64,000 nucleotides of DNA from an uncultured Bacteroidota bacterium (GCA_902771735.1 CACXXO010000010.1:4056-68055); one strand, 5' to 3'; shown: positions 34,715-46,032, counted from the stretch's first letter. The notes: generated from the sequence alone by a model not told the origin. Numbers and translations: made by a program.

Positions 34715-36715
34715 ATGATAATCGACTATCCTTGGTACTTCGTCCTGCTCTGCCTGCTGGTGGGCGCCGCCTATGCGGGGATGCTCTACTATGTGGGGCA
34801 CCGCCGTTTTGGCAAGGGTGTCAATGCGTTGCTGGCGGGGCTGCGGTTTGTGGCCGTTTCGGCCATTGCCCTGTTGCTCCTGGCGCCAGTGGCCAAGCGC
34901 ACGGTGCACGAAAAGGAGAAACCGCTCGTGGCACTGGTTGACGACTGTTCGCAGTCGGTGACGATGATGGGAGGGGCGCAGCATGCATCGATGCTACAGA
35001 GGGATTTGGAGGGCAAATGCAACGTCGTGTGCGTTGCCGACACAGTGAATACCGGCCAGACGGACATTAGCGCCATGCTGGAGACCGGCATGGAGAACGC
35101 CGGCATCCTGCCGGCAGCCATTGTGTTGGCCACTGATGGCATCTATAACCGCGGACAGAATCCCACCACGATGGCCGAGCGACTCGGTGTCCCTGTCTAC
35201 ACCATCGCCTTGGGCGACACCACGCCGCGCTGCGATGCCGCCCTGCGCAACATACGCCACAACCGTATTGCCTACCTTGGCAACACCTTCCCCGTGGAAA
35301 TCACCATCGGTGCCCACCGACTGAGAGGACGCACGGCGCAGCTGACGATAAGTGACGGGCGTGGCAAAAAAGTGGCCTCGCAACAAGTGGGCTATTCGGA
35401 CGACGATTTCAGCACCACGTTGTCGTTCAGTCTCCCGGCCGAAGCCAAGGGTCTGCAGAAATATATGGTCAGCCTGTCGGTGGTGGAGGGTGAGGTGGAA
35501 CGCGAAAACAATGTGGCAACCTTCTACACCGATGTCATTGACGGTCGTCGCAAAGTGGTCGTCGTTGGTAATGCCCCACATCCTGACCTCGCGGCGCTGA
35601 AGCGTGCCGTGGAGAACAATCCCAACTATGAGGCGGAGGTGTTTTTGAGCGAGGAATTAAGGATGAAGAATGAGGAATTGAAAGCCTACTCCTTGGCTAT
35701 TCTTCATAACCTGCCGTCGGCCACGCACCAGATACCCAAGGAACTGGAGAACCTTTCGCAGGTGTTTGTTATCGGCTGTCAGACCGACTTGCCACGATTC
35801 AACGCCCTTCATGCCGGTTTGGAGATTGTCTCCAAAGTGAGGAAGAGCAGTGAGGTGACGGCATCCTTCAACGACCGTTTTTCACTTTTCAACTTCGACG
35901 CTGCCGACGGTGCAGCTCTCGAGCAATTGCCGCCTCTCGACGCTCCCTTCGGCGAAGCAAAGACCTCGGCGGCACTCCAATCGCTCCTCACAGCTCGCTT
36001 GGGGAACATTGACACACGTCAACCCCTCGTTGCCGCCACGGCACAAGGCCGTTTGCATCGTGTCTTCGTGTGGGGCGAGGGGCTGTGGAAATGGCGTCTG
36101 ACAGATTTCCTCAACAACAACACCCACGAGCATTTCGACCGGTTGGTGAGCCAGATAGTGAACTTCACGGCTGTCAACGACCAGCGTGAGCGTTTCATCG
36201 TGGAAACCGAGCGGCAGTATTCTGATAACGACGAGATCGATGTCACTGCTCAACTCTACAACGATGCCTACGAGCCGTTCAATATGCCCGACGCCACCTT
36301 CACGCTGAAAGGTGACAGCGTCCAGGGCGATTTTAATTTCATCCGCAGTGGCGATGGCTATGCCCTCTCGCTCGGACGTCTGCCCGAAGGACTCTATCGC
36401 TACACGGCACAGACCGAATACGACGGCAACAAGTTTACGACAGAGGGTTCCTTCGCCGTTGAGGCACTCCACCTTGAACAGGCCAATCTCACGGCCGACC
36501 ACGCCCTGCTGCGCTCCATCAGTGCCATCACCGGCGGTAAGATGTACTACCCCGACCAACTCGCCGACCTCCGCGACGAGCTGGCCTCGCTCAAGCCAGT
36601 CATCTACACCCACACGCGTTTTTCCGAGTTGCTCAACTTGCCGTGGGTGCTGCTTTTGATTGTTCTGTTGCTCGGTGCCGAGTGGGTGCTGAGAAAATAC
36701 CACGGTGAGATATGA
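34715..36715 (+). CDS. membrane-anchored vWA-like domain protein (BatA/BatB-like architecture)
   Basis: Two N-terminal TM helices. MIDAS-like DDCSQS and LATDGIYNRG motifs. One C-terminal TM helix (LPWVLLLIVLLLGAEWVL). Confidence 0.5.
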   Translation: MIIDYPWYFVLLCLLVGAAYAGMLYYVGHRRFGKGVNALLAGLRFVAVSAIALLLLAPVAKRTVHEKEKPLVALVDDCSQSVTMMGGAQHASMLQRDLEGKCNVVCVADTVNTGQTDISAMLETGMENAGILPAAIVLATDGIYNRGQNPTTMAERLGVPVYTIALGDTTPRCDAALRNIRHNRIAYLGNTFPVEITIGAHRLRGRTAQLTISDGRGKKVASQQVGYSDDDFSTTLSFSLPAEAKGLQKYMVSLSVVEGEVERENNVATFYTDVIDGRRKVVVVGNAPHPDLAALKRAVENNPNYEAEVFLSEELRMKNEELKAYSLAILHNLPSATHQIPKELENLSQVFVIGCQTDLPRFNALHAGLEIVSKVRKSSEVTASFNDRFSLFNFDAADGAALEQLPPLDAPFGEAKTSAALQSLLTARLGNIDTRQPLVAATAQGRLHRVFVWGEGLWKWRLTDFLNNNTHEHFDRLVSQIVNFTAVNDQRERFIVETERQYSDNDEIDVTAQLYNDAYEPFNMPDATFTLKGDSVQGDFNFIRSGDGYALSLGRLPEGLYRYTAQTEYDGNKFTTEGSFAVEALHLEQANLTADHALLRSISAITGGKMYYPDQLADLRDELASLKPVIYTHTRFSELLNLPWVLLLIVLLLGAEWVLRKYHGEI

Positions 36716-37968
36716 AAAGGAAGGGCATAATAGGCGAGGCGGCGACGCTGGTGAGCGGCAATGTGCTGGCACAGGTCATCACGCTGCTGGCCTATTTCGT
36801 ACTCACACGTATTTTTACCCCTGCCGACTACGGACTCTTCAACATTTTCTATTCTTATATCGAGGTGCTCATTATTTTCAGCACTTGTAAGTACGAACTG
36901 GCAGTGGTGGTGGCCGACGATGAACGCGAGGCCTCGGCTGTGGCGCATTTTGCGTTGAGACTTAACATGGTTGTTTCCACGCTGCTGCTTACCGTGGCAT
37001 TGGTGTTGTGGCTCACCGGTGCTTTGCCGGGCAATTTTGCCCAACTTGGATGGATGGTGCTGCTCATCCCACCGATGGTTTTCTTCTGCGGAACCTCGCG
37101 CGTCTACAGTTTTCTCTATAACCGTTTCCACCGCTATGCCATGATTGCCGTTTCCGACAATGTCAATGCCGGCACCGGCGCCGTGATGAAGATTGTGCTG
37201 GGGCTGCTGGGATTCTCCCAAAGCGGATTGCCGGTGGGCACGGTGATTGGACAGGCGGCATCGAATGTCAATTACCGCCTGCGGATGCGCACCCTTTCTT
37301 TGCCGAAAGTCACTGCTGCCGAGGGATGTGCTGCCGCCAGCAAGCATCGTAACTTCCCTATCTTCGTGGCATCGAAAGATCTGGCCAACACCTTTGCCTC
37401 CAACCTGCCGTTCCTTTGGGCGGCACTTTGTTTCGACCGTGCCGAAGTGGGCCTTTTCGGTTTGGCGCTGACCTTTACGATGCAACCGGTCAACATCGTC
37501 AGTGCCGCGTTCGAGCGTGTTCTTTACGCCCGCACAGCCGAGGCTGTCCGCGACCGTCGGCCCATCATGCGGTTGATTCGGCGATTCTTGCTGACGTTGT
37601 TGGCGGTAGCGGTGCCGGTATGCGTGCTGGCATGGTTCTTGGCCGAACCGCTGTTCGTTTTCTGCTTTGGCGATCGATGGCAAGGTTGTGGCGTCTTTGT
37701 TCAGTGTCTGTTGCCACTGGCCTTGGTGGCATTGTGTTCCACCTCGCTGATGTTTGTCTCCAATGTCTTCTCCACCCAGCGCGTCGATTTCGTTTTCTTC
37801 CTCGTGCTGGCAGCGCTGCGTGTGACAGCCATCGCTGTGGGTATTGCCCAGGGGAGTTTCCTTTTGGCCATAGCACTATATGCAGCAGCAGGGACGCTCG
37901 TTCAAGCATCCCTGCTGCTGTGGTATCTCTGGCAGGTGCGTCGCTATGAGCGTTCGCTTACCAGCTGA
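36712..37968 (+). CDS. MOP/Wzx-type polysaccharide flippase family protein
   Basis: About 12 TM helices. The N-terminus ATLVSGNVLAQVITLLAYFVLTRIFTPADYGLF is typical of polysaccharide biosynthesis/flippase proteins. Confidence 0.7.
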   Translation: MKRKGIIGEAATLVSGNVLAQVITLLAYFVLTRIFTPADYGLFNIFYSYIEVLIIFSTCKYELAVVVADDEREASAVAHFALRLNMVVSTLLLTVALVLWLTGALPGNFAQLGWMVLLIPPMVFFCGTSRVYSFLYNRFHRYAMIAVSDNVNAGTGAVMKIVLGLLGFSQSGLPVGTVIGQAASNVNYRLRMRTLSLPKVTAAEGCAAASKHRNFPIFVASKDLANTFASNLPFLWAALCFDRAEVGLFGLALTFTMQPVNIVSAAFERVLYARTAEAVRDRRPIMRLIRRFLLTLLAVAVPVCVLAWFLAEPLFVFCFGDRWQGCGVFVQCLLPLALVALCSTSLMFVSNVFSTQRVDFVFFLVLAALRVTAIAVGIAQGSFLLAIALYAAAGTLVQASLLLWYLWQVRRYERSLTS

Positions 37969-38509
37969 ATCTAACAAAGCAAACCTGCGGATCCTCAAGG
38001 TCGGCACCTTTGCCCACGGTGATCTTATAGGTTCCCGTGTGGGTACCTTGGTGGAACGAGGGATAGAGGTGAATCTGGATGGGTTTCTCGTCGATGCCGG
38101 GAGCCAGATTGACAGCGCCCGAGGTGTAGGGCAGATTGTGGGGCTCGCAAACTCCATAGCAGATGGGAGCATTTTGACCCATTGAGGCGGGACCCTCGGC
38201 AAGTTCAACCATGAACACACGTTGCACGGTGGCATTGCTCTTATTCTTCACGAAGAACTCTACGTCACAATCATCGTTTGCCAACTCTTCAGCAGAGAGG
38301 GGATACTCTAATATGGCACCCTCGAGGATGGCATGTCCGTTGTAGAGAATGTCAAACGTGGTTGAAGGAGCGTACTCCTGCTGGGGTTCGTCCGTTTTCT
38401 TGTCTTCGTCCTTTTTGCAGGCGACAAATCCAACCATGGCCATCGTTATGACGGCAGCCATAAAATACTTGCTAATTTTTTTCATTTTTTTGAATATTAA
38501 TGTTTTCAA
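37958..38509 (-). CDS. lipoprotein of unknown function
   Basis: Lipobox GFVAC. The start is possibly at MKKISKY (38485). Its 3' end overlaps the flippase 3' end by 11 nt (convergent). Confidence 0.4.
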   Translation of the reverse strand: MKTLIFKKMKKISKYFMAAVITMAMVGFVACKKDEDKKTDEPQQEYAPSTTFDILYNGHAILEGAILEYPLSAEELANDDCDVEFFVKNKSNATVQRVFMVELAEGPASMGQNAPICYGVCEPHNLPYTSGAVNLAPGIDEKPIQIHLYPSFHQGTHTGTYKITVGKGADLEDPQVCFVRFSW

Positions 38510-40317
38510 TCTAATTTCAGCACTGCGAGGAAGGCACTCTGTGGCACTTCAACATTGCCCACTTGGCGCATGCGCTTCTTTCCTTCCTTTTGCTTTTCCA
38601 GGAGCTTGCGCTTACGCGTGATGTCACCTCCGTAGCACTTGGCGGTCACATCCTTGCGCACCTGTCGCACCGTCTCGCGGGCGATAATCTTGCTGCCGAT
38701 GGCAGCTTGAATGGCCACGTCGAACTGCTGGCGCGGAATGAGGTCTTTCAGCTTCTCGCACATCTTGCGGCCGATGGGGTAGGCGTTGTCCACATAGGTC
38801 AGCGTGCTCAATGCGTCGACGGGGTCTCCGTTGAGCAAAATCTCCAGTTTTACCAGTTTAGAGGGTTGGTAGCCGTTGATATAGTAATCGAACGAGGCGT
38901 AGCCTTTCGAGATGGACTTCAGTTTGTCGTAGAAGTCGAACACTACCTCGCCGAGCGGCAGGTCGAAGGTGATCTCAATGCGGTCGGTGGTCAGGTAGTT
39001 CTGGTTCTTTAGGATGCCGCGTTTGTCCATGCACAGTTTTATCACCGGCCCGATGAAGTCGGCCTTGGTGATGATCTGCGCGTGGATGTAAGGCTCGTAC
39101 ACCTCGGCGATATTGTTGGGTTCGGGCATGCCCGAGGGATTATAAACGTCAATCTCGCTGCCGTTGGTGAGTTTCACCTTGTATTGCACATTGGGCACCG
39201 TGGTGATGACGTCCATGTTGAACTCGCGTGTCAGGCGTTCCTGCACAATCTCCATGTGCAGCAGGCCGAGGAATCCGCAGCGGAAGCCAAAGCCCAAGGC
39301 CAAGGAACTCTCGGGCTCGAAGGTGAGGCTGGCATCGTTCAATTGCAGCTTCTCGATGCTGGCGCGCAGCTCCTCATAGTCGTCGGTATCAACGGGATAG
39401 ACGCCGGCGAAGACCATCGGCTTGACGGCCTCGAAGCCCTCTATGGGCTTCTCGCAAGGTTCGCCCACATGGGTGATGGTGTCGCCCACGCGCACCTCCT
39501 TCGAGGTCTTGATGCCACTGATGATATAGCCTACGTTTCCGGCACTCAGATGCTTGCAGGGTTCCATGGTCAGGCGAAGCACACCTACCTCGTCGGCGTC
39601 ATATTCCTTGCCGGTAGAGTAGAATTTCACGTGGTCGCCTGTCTTCAGAGTGCCGTTCATGATGCGGAAGTAGCTGATAATGCCCCGGAAAGGGTTGAAC
39701 ACCGAGTCGAACACCAAAGCCTGCAGCGGTGCGTCAGGGTCGCCCTCGGGGGCAGGGATGCGGTCGACGATGGCATCGAGAATTTCCGGCACACCCATGC
39801 CGGTCTTGGCCGAGCAGCGCAGAATCTCTTCCGGCTTGCAGCCCAGCAGGTCGATAATCTCGTCGGCCACCTCTTCGGGCATCGCGCTGTCGAGGTCTAT
39901 CTTGTTCATCACCGGGATGATTTCCAAGTCGTTCTCCAGTGCCAGATAGAGGTTGCTTATCGTCTGGGCCTGGATGCCCTGGGTGGCGTCGACCACCAGC
40001 AGCGCACCCTCACAGGCGGCTATGGCGCGCGATACCTCGTAGCTGAAGTCCACATGGCCCGGCGTGTCGATGAGGTTGAGAACAAAAGTCTGTCCTGCGT
40101 AAGCAGGGTTCCCCTCCGTGGGGACGCGGTAGTTCATCTGGATGGCGTGGCTCTTGATGGTGATGCCGCGCTCCTTCTCCAGCTCCATGTCGTCGAGCAC
40201 CTGATCCTGCATATCGCGCTGGCTGACGGTGTTGGTCACCTCCAGCAGTCGGTCGGCCAACGTGCTCTTGCCGTGGTCGATATGCGCTATGATGCAGAAG
40301 TTTCTTATATTTTTCAT
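38506..40317 (-). CDS. lepA: translation elongation factor 4
   Basis: [33 protein letters not shown], full-length LepA pattern. Start at 40317. Confidence 0.95.
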   Translation of the reverse strand: MKNIRNFCIIAHIDHGKSTLADRLLEVTNTVSQRDMQDQVLDDMELEKERGITIKSHAIQMNYRVPTEGNPAYAGQTFVLNLIDTPGHVDFSYEVSRAIAACEGALLVVDATQGIQAQTISNLYLALENDLEIIPVMNKIDLDSAMPEEVADEIIDLLGCKPEEILRCSAKTGMGVPEILDAIVDRIPAPEGDPDAPLQALVFDSVFNPFRGIISYFRIMNGTLKTGDHVKFYSTGKEYDADEVGVLRLTMEPCKHLSAGNVGYIISGIKTSKEVRVGDTITHVGEPCEKPIEGFEAVKPMVFAGVYPVDTDDYEELRASIEKLQLNDASLTFEPESSLALGFGFRCGFLGLLHMEIVQERLTREFNMDVITTVPNVQYKVKLTNGSEIDVYNPSGMPEPNNIAEVYEPYIHAQIITKADFIGPVIKLCMDKRGILKNQNYLTTDRIEITFDLPLGEVVFDFYDKLKSISKGYASFDYYINGYQPSKLVKLEILLNGDPVDALSTLTYVDNAYPIGRKMCEKLKDLIPRQQFDVAIQAAIGSKIIARETVRQVRKDVTAKCYGGDITRKRKLLEKQKEGKKRMRQVGNVEVPQSAFLAVLKLD

Positions 40318-40345
40318 CCCTTGTGATTCCAGTGATTCAAAAATG

Positions 40346-40353
40346 CAAAAATA
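40346..40353 (-). promoter_or_regulatory. -7 box TATTTTTG for lepA
   Basis: The minus strand reads TATTTTTG, 29 nt upstream of the lepA ATG. Confidence 0.45.
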
Positions 40354-40405
40354 CAACTTTTTGCCGACCCGACCAAATTTTTCTTTTCAGGTGGTTTTTA
40401 ATTTG

Positions 40406-40413
40406 TATATTTG
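40406..40413 (+). promoter_or_regulatory. -7 box TATATTTG for the TonB-C-like gene
   Basis: TATATTTG lies 21 nt upstream of the ATG at 40434. It is divergent from the lepA promoter. Confidence 0.45.
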
Positions 40414-40433
40414 CACATCAAACGTCGGATAAT

Positions 40434-41303
40434 ATGACAACTAGGTTTTTGTGTTTTCTGCTTGTTACTGTGATTGTTGTATGCCAGCAACGTGTGTCGG
40501 CGCAGCCAGTGGACATTCCCACACGCGACGTTACGGCCATCATCCCCCTCTACGAGTTTGTCAACCCCGCCCTCGAGCAGCAGCTTGTTCAAGTGGCCGA
40601 CAGTTGTTTCCGCGAGTGGAACTATTTTCTTGAGTTGACCATCCTCCCGGAGAGCAGGCTCTATGGGGATATGCCCGACGTGGATCCTGAACAGGGCGCG
40701 CCATATAACGCCAAACTGAGAGATCTCCATCCAGACTATCACGATATAAAGGGTGACAGCATTTTCTTTTCCAAGGCCAAGGCTTGTGTCAAGGTGGGCA
40801 GGAGGCTCTGTGTCATCAATAATCCGTCGCCCGAATTTTTCCGCAAGACGGGTCGCCGCTACACCGAACGGCACTCCAATAGTGAGTCGGTTTGCATTTG
40901 TGCCGAGGATGAACGCTATCTGATGCTGGGAGCAGACGGGACAGTGCAACGTGTCTATCCATTCAATGCCTTCGTCCCCTGGGGACCGATAGACAGCATT
41001 GTAGTCGAATATCCCACCGAGAAACCGGAGTTCCCTGACGGTAAGGAGGCTCTGGCCCGCTGGATTGCCGGGCATATTATGTGGCCCGACGACGCCAAGG
41101 TCACCTTGGCCTGTTTCACCATTGAAATTGATGGTCGTGTAACCGATGTCAAGGTCCCTCCGTCTGTGCGGGATGCCAAGGAGCGTGCTTTCATCGAATC
41201 GCTCCGCCCCCTGTTGCCCTCCATGCCCCGATGGAAACCCGGCAAGATGTATGGCAAAACCTTCCGCACCCGTAGCCTCACCAGGCTCCGCCGCCCGGAA
41301 TAG
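40434..41303 (+). CDS. exported protein with C-terminal TonB-C-like domain
   Basis: Signal peptide present. The C-terminus PEFPDGKEALARWIAGHIMWPDDA...FTIEIDGRVTDVKVPPSVRDAKERAFIESLRPLLPSMPRWKPGKMYGKTF matches the TonB_C pattern. Confidence 0.5.
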   Translation: MTTRFLCFLLVTVIVVCQQRVSAQPVDIPTRDVTAIIPLYEFVNPALEQQLVQVADSCFREWNYFLELTILPESRLYGDMPDVDPEQGAPYNAKLRDLHPDYHDIKGDSIFFSKAKACVKVGRRLCVINNPSPEFFRKTGRRYTERHSNSESVCICAEDERYLMLGADGTVQRVYPFNAFVPWGPIDSIVVEYPTEKPEFPDGKEALARWIAGHIMWPDDAKVTLACFTIEIDGRVTDVKVPPSVRDAKERAFIESLRPLLPSMPRWKPGKMYGKTFRTRSLTRLRRPE

Positions 41304-41489
41304 GGACGGATTGCATTTTCGTAATCCCCAGCTGCTATGGGCAGTGTGAACTCCTCGTTGAAGTATGATACCAGAGCAATCTTGTTATCTTCTGCGAACC
41401 CTACCACTCACGTTTCATTGATTTGTCCGTCGCGGACGGTAGAAGTTGCTTTTGCACGTTTGACGATGGGGATAACATGGCCTGACATA

Positions 41490-41590
41490 GGGCTTTAAAC
41501 GACAGTTCGACGATGGTTCAACGATAGTATAACGATGCAATATCGTTGAACTATCGTTGAACAAAGGTTGAAGTGTCGTTGTGATGTAAC
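41490..41590. repeat. 11-nt periodic hairpin element R5 (different core, same architecture)
   Basis: ACGAT recurs at 41510, 41521 and 41532. ATCGTT/GTCGTT recurs at 41542, 41553 and 41575. A near-perfect hairpin spans 41516-41562 (12 bp + 7 bp, one A-A mismatch, loop gcaat). Confidence 0.8.
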
Positions 41591-41649
41591 CGCGTCTAAC
41601 GCCCAATCCCCTCAACGACAAGGTTGTCCGTATTGCTGATATGATATGC

Positions 41650-41673
41650 AAAAAAGCACCGCGGTGGCGGTGC
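41650..41673 (-). terminator. intrinsic terminator after tRNA-Arg
   Basis: The minus strand reads GCACCGC CACC GCGGTGC followed by TTTTTT. Confidence 0.7.
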
Positions 41674-41688
41674 TGGTGGTGATTTTTG

Positions 41689-41760
41689 TACCTCCTGGGG
41701 GAATCGAACCCTCATCTAAGGTTTAGGAAACCTCTATTCTATCCGTTGAACTAAGGAGGC
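41689..41760 (-). tRNA. tRNA-Arg (anticodon CCT)
   Basis: Hand-folded 72-nt cloverleaf. Acceptor stem GCCTCCT/AGGAGGT, anticodon stem GAGGT/ACCTT, loop TTCCTAA, T-loop TTCGATT. There is one A-C mismatch in the T stem and no encoded CCA. Confidence 0.8.
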
Positions 41761-41768
41761 ATGCAAAC

Positions 41769-44672
41769 TTAAAGTTTGCGTTTAATCTCAATTACTTCGT
41801 AGGCTTCGACGATGTCGCCGACCTTGATGTCGTTGTAGTTTTCGATGTTCAAGCCGCAGTCCTGACCGCTGACGACCTCCTTGACATCGTCCTTGAAGCG
41901 CTTGAGGGAGGCGAGCTTGCCGGTGTAGACCACGATGCCGTCGCGGATGATGCGGACGTTGCTCTGGCGGTTGATTTTGCCGTCGAGGCACATGCAGCCG
42001 GCAATGGTGCCGACTTTGCTAATCTTGAAGGTCTCGCGAATCTCGAGGTTGGCGACAATCTTCTCCTGCGTCTCGGGGGCGAGCATGCCCTCGATGGCGT
42101 CCTTGAGTTCGTTGATGGCGTCGTAGATGATGCTGTAGAGGCGGATGTCGATGTGCTCGGTTTCGGCCATCTTGCGGGCACCCACGCTGGGGCGCACCTG
42201 GAAGCCGATGATGATGGCGTCGGATGCCATGGCCAGCGTGACGTCGTTCTCCGAAATCTGGCCCACGCCCTTGTGGATGACGTTGACCTGCACTTCCTCG
42301 TTGCTGAGTTTGAGCAGCGAGTCGCTGAGGGCTTCGACGGAACCGTCGACGTCCCCTTTGACGATGATGTTGAGCTCTTTGAAGTTGCCGAGGGCGCGGC
42401 GGCGGCCAATCTCCTCGAGGGTGAGGTGGGTCTGGGTGCGGATACCTTGCTCGCGTTGCAGCTGGGTACGCTTGGCGGCGATGTCCTTGGCCTCCTTCTC
42501 GTTTTCCATGATGTTGAAGGTGTCGCCAGCCTGGCAGGCACCGGTGAGACCGAGGAGCAGCACAGGCTGCGAGGGACCGGCTGACATGACCTCTTGGTTG
42601 CGCTCGTTGTACATGGCGCGGACACGTCCTGCAACGGCACCGGCCACGATGGGGTCGCCCTTGCGCATGGTGCCTTCCTGAACGAGCAGTTTGGCTACAT
42701 AGCCGCGGCCTTTGTCGAGGGCGCTTTCGATGACGACGCCTTTGGCGCGTTTGTTGGGGTTGCCTTTGAGCTCCATGATGTCGGCCTGGAGGATGACTTT
42801 CTCGAGCAGTTCCTCGACACCGATACCTTTCTTGGCGCTGATGTCCTGGCTCTGGTATTTACCGCCCCATTCCTCGACGAGAAGGTTCATGTTGGCCAGC
42901 TCGGTCTTGATGCGGTCGGGGTCGGCGCCGGGTTTGTCGATTTTGTTGATGGCGAAGACGATAGGCACACCGGCCGATTGGGCATGGTTGATGGCCTCGA
43001 TGGTCTGCGGCATGATTTTGTCGTCGGCGGCGATGACGATGATGGCGATATCGGTCATCTTGGCACCGCGGGCACGCATGGCAGTGAAGGCTTCGTGGCC
43101 GGGGGTGTCGAGGAAGGTGATCTTGCGGCCGTCGGCGGTCTGCACCTCGTAGGCACCGATGTGCTGGGTGATGCCGCCTGCTTCGCCGGCGATGACGTTG
43201 GTCTTTCGGATATAGTCGAGCAACGAGGTCTTACCGTGGTCGACGTGACCCATGACGGTGATGATGGGGTTGCGTGGCACGAGGTCCTCGGGACGGTCTT
43301 CTTCCTCAATCTTGTGGATGGTGTTGACCACATCCTCGGAAGCGAAATTGACCTCAAAGCCAAATTCGTCGGCGATGAGTTTGATGGTCTCGGCGTCGAG
43401 ACGCTGGTTGATGCTGACGAAAATGCCGACACTCATGCAGGTGGCGATAATCTTGGTTACCGGCACGTTCATCATCGTGGCCAACTCATTGGCGGTGACA
43501 AACTCGGTAACCTGCAGCACATTCTGTTGCTCCATCTCATGCATCATCTCCTCCTCCATCATGGCGTGCACCTTCTGGCGTTTCTCACGGTTGTGCTTGG
43601 AGGTCTTCGATTTGCCGAGGGGCGAGAGGCGGGCGAGGGTGTCGCGTATTTGCTTCTCGATTTCGTTGTCGTCGATTTCGACGGTTTTCTTTTCCTCTTT
43701 CTTTTTCTTTTTCTTGCCACCGGCGGCTTGTTGCTGCATGGCGGCGTTTTTCTGGCTTTCCTTCTTTGCTTTCTCTTTCTCTTTGCTTTCTTTCTTGGCA
43801 ACTTCGGCACCAATCTTTTTCACTTCCTGTGCGCTGACGGCCTCTTTTTTCTGGTGTTTACGTTTGCGCTTGCTGCCGGGGGTGTCGGCGCCGTCCTTGG
43901 AGAATTGGCTGAGATCAATCTTGTCGAGGACTTTGGGGCCTTCGAGTTTTGTGTATTGGGTCTCGATGAATTCAGGTTCGGCCTTGGGCGCAGGAGTGGG
44001 TTCGGGCTCTTCTACGACTATGGACTCGGGTTTGGGTGCCTCGGGCTTGGCAGCCTTGGGTTTGGCAGCAGCGGCAGGAGATACGGCAGGCTCCTTTTTC
44101 TCGCCTTTTTTCTTTTTCTTCTTGTCGGGACGCATGCGTTGGTTGAGCGATGCGAGATCCACAGTGCCTACCACCTTGAAGGGACTGCTGCTGTCGGTGG
44201 TTTCGTTTTCGGTCTCCTCGATGGACTCTTCTTCAGGCTGCTGGAGTACTTCGGGCTCTTCGACAGGCTCTTCCTCAGGCTCTGGCGTAGGCTCTGGCTC
44301 GGGTTCAGGCTCGGGTTCAGGCTCGGGTTCAGGCTCGGGTTTCGGTTCCGGCTTGGGCTTGGATTCGGACTGGCTCTTGGTGGGGGTGTAATTCTTGATG
44401 ATTACCTCCTCGTTTTCGGGTTCGGGCTCTTCCTTGGGGGCAAGTTCCACCACACGGTTGCTATTGTTGACAACCAGTTCAATCTTGTCGGCCTCATCCT
44501 TCACTTTGCGTTCGCTCTGGAAAGCCGTGGCCAGCAGTTCATACTGCTCCTCGCTAATCTTCGTGTTGGGGTTGGTGTCCACCTGATGCCCCTTCTTGGC
44601 GAGATAGTCGACGAGGGTTTGGATGCCCACGTTGAAGTCTGTCGCCACTTTTTTCAGTCTGAAACTTGCCAT
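41769..44672 (-). CDS. infB: translation initiation factor IF-2
   Basis: G domain [12 protein letters not shown] and DTPGHEAF. 967 aa, with a low-complexity Lys/Glu/Pro N-terminal region. Confidence 0.95.
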   Translation of the reverse strand: MASFRLKKVATDFNVGIQTLVDYLAKKGHQVDTNPNTKISEEQYELLATAFQSERKVKDEADKIELVVNNSNRVVELAPKEEPEPENEEVIIKNYTPTKSQSESKPKPEPKPEPEPEPEPEPEPEPEPTPEPEEEPVEEPEVLQQPEEESIEETENETTDSSSPFKVVGTVDLASLNQRMRPDKKKKKKGEKKEPAVSPAAAAKPKAAKPEAPKPESIVVEEPEPTPAPKAEPEFIETQYTKLEGPKVLDKIDLSQFSKDGADTPGSKRKRKHQKKEAVSAQEVKKIGAEVAKKESKEKEKAKKESQKNAAMQQQAAGGKKKKKKEEKKTVEIDDNEIEKQIRDTLARLSPLGKSKTSKHNREKRQKVHAMMEEEMMHEMEQQNVLQVTEFVTANELATMMNVPVTKIIATCMSVGIFVSINQRLDAETIKLIADEFGFEVNFASEDVVNTIHKIEEEDRPEDLVPRNPIITVMGHVDHGKTSLLDYIRKTNVIAGEAGGITQHIGAYEVQTADGRKITFLDTPGHEAFTAMRARGAKMTDIAIIVIAADDKIMPQTIEAINHAQSAGVPIVFAINKIDKPGADPDRIKTELANMNLLVEEWGGKYQSQDISAKKGIGVEELLEKVILQADIMELKGNPNKRAKGVVIESALDKGRGYVAKLLVQEGTMRKGDPIVAGAVAGRVRAMYNERNQEVMSAGPSQPVLLLGLTGACQAGDTFNIMENEKEAKDIAAKRTQLQREQGIRTQTHLTLEEIGRRRALGNFKELNIIVKGDVDGSVEALSDSLLKLSNEEVQVNVIHKGVGQISENDVTLAMASDAIIIGFQVRPSVGARKMAETEHIDIRLYSIIYDAINELKDAIEGMLAPETQEKIVANLEIRETFKISKVGTIAGCMCLDGKINRQSNVRIIRDGIVVYTGKLASLKRFKDDVKEVVSGQDCGLNIENYNDIKVGDIVEAYEVIEIKRKL
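44296..44343. repeat. 4 x 12-bp tandem repeat encoding the (PE)n tract of IF-2
   Basis: ggctcgggttca repeated 4 times on the plus strand, which translates to [16 protein letters not shown] in infB. Confidence 0.8.
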
Positions 44673-44738
44673 AATTCTTCGAGTCCTTTCTTTTTATTTG
44701 AAAATGATAATTGAAAATTGAAATTGTTTGGATTTCAA

Positions 44739-45974
44739 TTATTCAAACTCAGCTTTGAGCACTTCGAGCACGTGGTCGATGGTCTCTTCCTCAAGGTCGG
44801 TGCGGGTAATGAGCTCCTGCTTGGGCAGTGCCAGCACGCTCTTGGCGGTGTCGCAACCAATTTTGATAAGTTCGTCGATAATCCACTGGTCGATTTCGTC
44901 GTTGAATTCCACCAGTGCCACATCGTCGTAGTCTTCGTCGGTGTCGCGGTAGACTTCGATTTCGTAGCCCACGAGTTTGGAGGCTAGCTTGATGTTATAG
45001 CCACCCTTGCCGATGGCCAGGCTCACCTGGTCGGGCTGCATGAAGACCTCGGCGGTTTTGGCTTCTTCGTTGATCTTGATGTTGCTGACTTTGGCAGGCG
45101 AGAGGGCTCGCTGAATCATCACGTCGACACGCGGTGTGTAGTTGATGACGTCGATGTTCTCGTTGCGCAATTCGCGCACGATGCCATGAATGCGGCCGCC
45201 CTTGACACCTACGCAACTTCCCACGGGGTCGATGCGGTCGTCGTAGCTCTCCACTGCCACTTTGGCGCGCTCGCCAGGTTGGCGGACGATGTTGCGGATG
45301 GTGATGAGACCGTCATAGATTTCGGGCACTTCGGCTTCGAGCAGTCGCTCCAGGAAGATGGGACTGGTGCGCGAGAGGACGATGATGGGGTTGTTGTTCT
45401 TCATCTCCACTTTCAGAACTACGGCACGCACGGTATCGCCCTTGCGGAAGTGGTCGGCCGGAATTTGCTCGCTTTTGGGCAGCACGAGCTCGATTTTCTC
45501 ATCGTCGAGGATGAGTACTTCTTTGTTCCACGGTTGATAGACCTCGCCCACGATGATTTCGCCCACTTTCTCCTTGTATTTTTGGAAGATGAGGCTCTTC
45601 TCATAGTCCTGGATTTTGCTCACGAGGTTCTGGCGGATGGAGAGGATTTCGCGGCGGCCGAACTCGGTCATCAGGATGGGCTCGGAGCACTCTTCGCCGA
45701 CCTCGAAGTCCGACTCGATTTTCTGGGCGTCGCTCAGTGCAATCTCGCGGCTGGAGTCCTGCACCTCGCCGTCCTCCACAATCATTCGGTTGCGGAAAAT
45801 CTCAAGGTCTCCCTTGTCGATGTTGACGATGATGTCGAAGTTGTCCTCCGAACCATAGCGCTTGGCCAAGGCCGTGCGGAAGACCTCCTCGAGGATGCGC
45901 ATCAAAGTCTCGCGGTCGATGTTCTTAAATTCCTTGAATTCCTGAAAGGAACCACTCAAGTCTAACGTCTTCAT
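44739..45974 (-). CDS. nusA: transcription termination/antitermination factor NusA
   Basis: 411 aa with an S1/KH region pattern. It also sits in the rimP-nusA-infB synteny. Confidence 0.93.
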   Translation of the reverse strand: MKTLDLSGSFQEFKEFKNIDRETLMRILEEVFRTALAKRYGSEDNFDIIVNIDKGDLEIFRNRMIVEDGEVQDSSREIALSDAQKIESDFEVGEECSEPILMTEFGRREILSIRQNLVSKIQDYEKSLIFQKYKEKVGEIIVGEVYQPWNKEVLILDDEKIELVLPKSEQIPADHFRKGDTVRAVVLKVEMKNNNPIIVLSRTSPIFLERLLEAEVPEIYDGLITIRNIVRQPGERAKVAVESYDDRIDPVGSCVGVKGGRIHGIVRELRNENIDVINYTPRVDVMIQRALSPAKVSNIKINEEAKTAEVFMQPDQVSLAIGKGGYNIKLASKLVGYEIEVYRDTDEDYDDVALVEFNDEIDQWIIDELIKIGCDTAKSVLALPKQELITRTDLEEETIDHVLEVLKAEFE

Positions 45975-46032
45975 TTTTTATAATGTTGTTTCTTTTCTTT
46001 CTTTGAACGCCGGCATATTTGCCGACGGAGGG

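Noticed and set aside
41415-41651. The 78-aa ORF on the minus strand in the TonB-like/tRNA intergenic region.
   Set aside because: It spans hairpin element R5 and the tRNA terminator. It has no motif, and its composition is dictated by the repeats.
44296-44343. The (PE)n tandem repeat in infB as something unusual.
   Set aside because: IF-2 N-terminal regions are commonly low-complexity, repeat-rich linkers. It is in frame and needs no special explanation.
44697-44745. The AT-rich 9-bp inverted repeat (aattgaaat/atttcaatt) and ttgaaaat direct repeats between nusA and infB.
   Set aside because: It is short and AT-rich, so it is thermodynamically weak and easily arises by chance in an AT-rich spacer. 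I saw no supporting signal.
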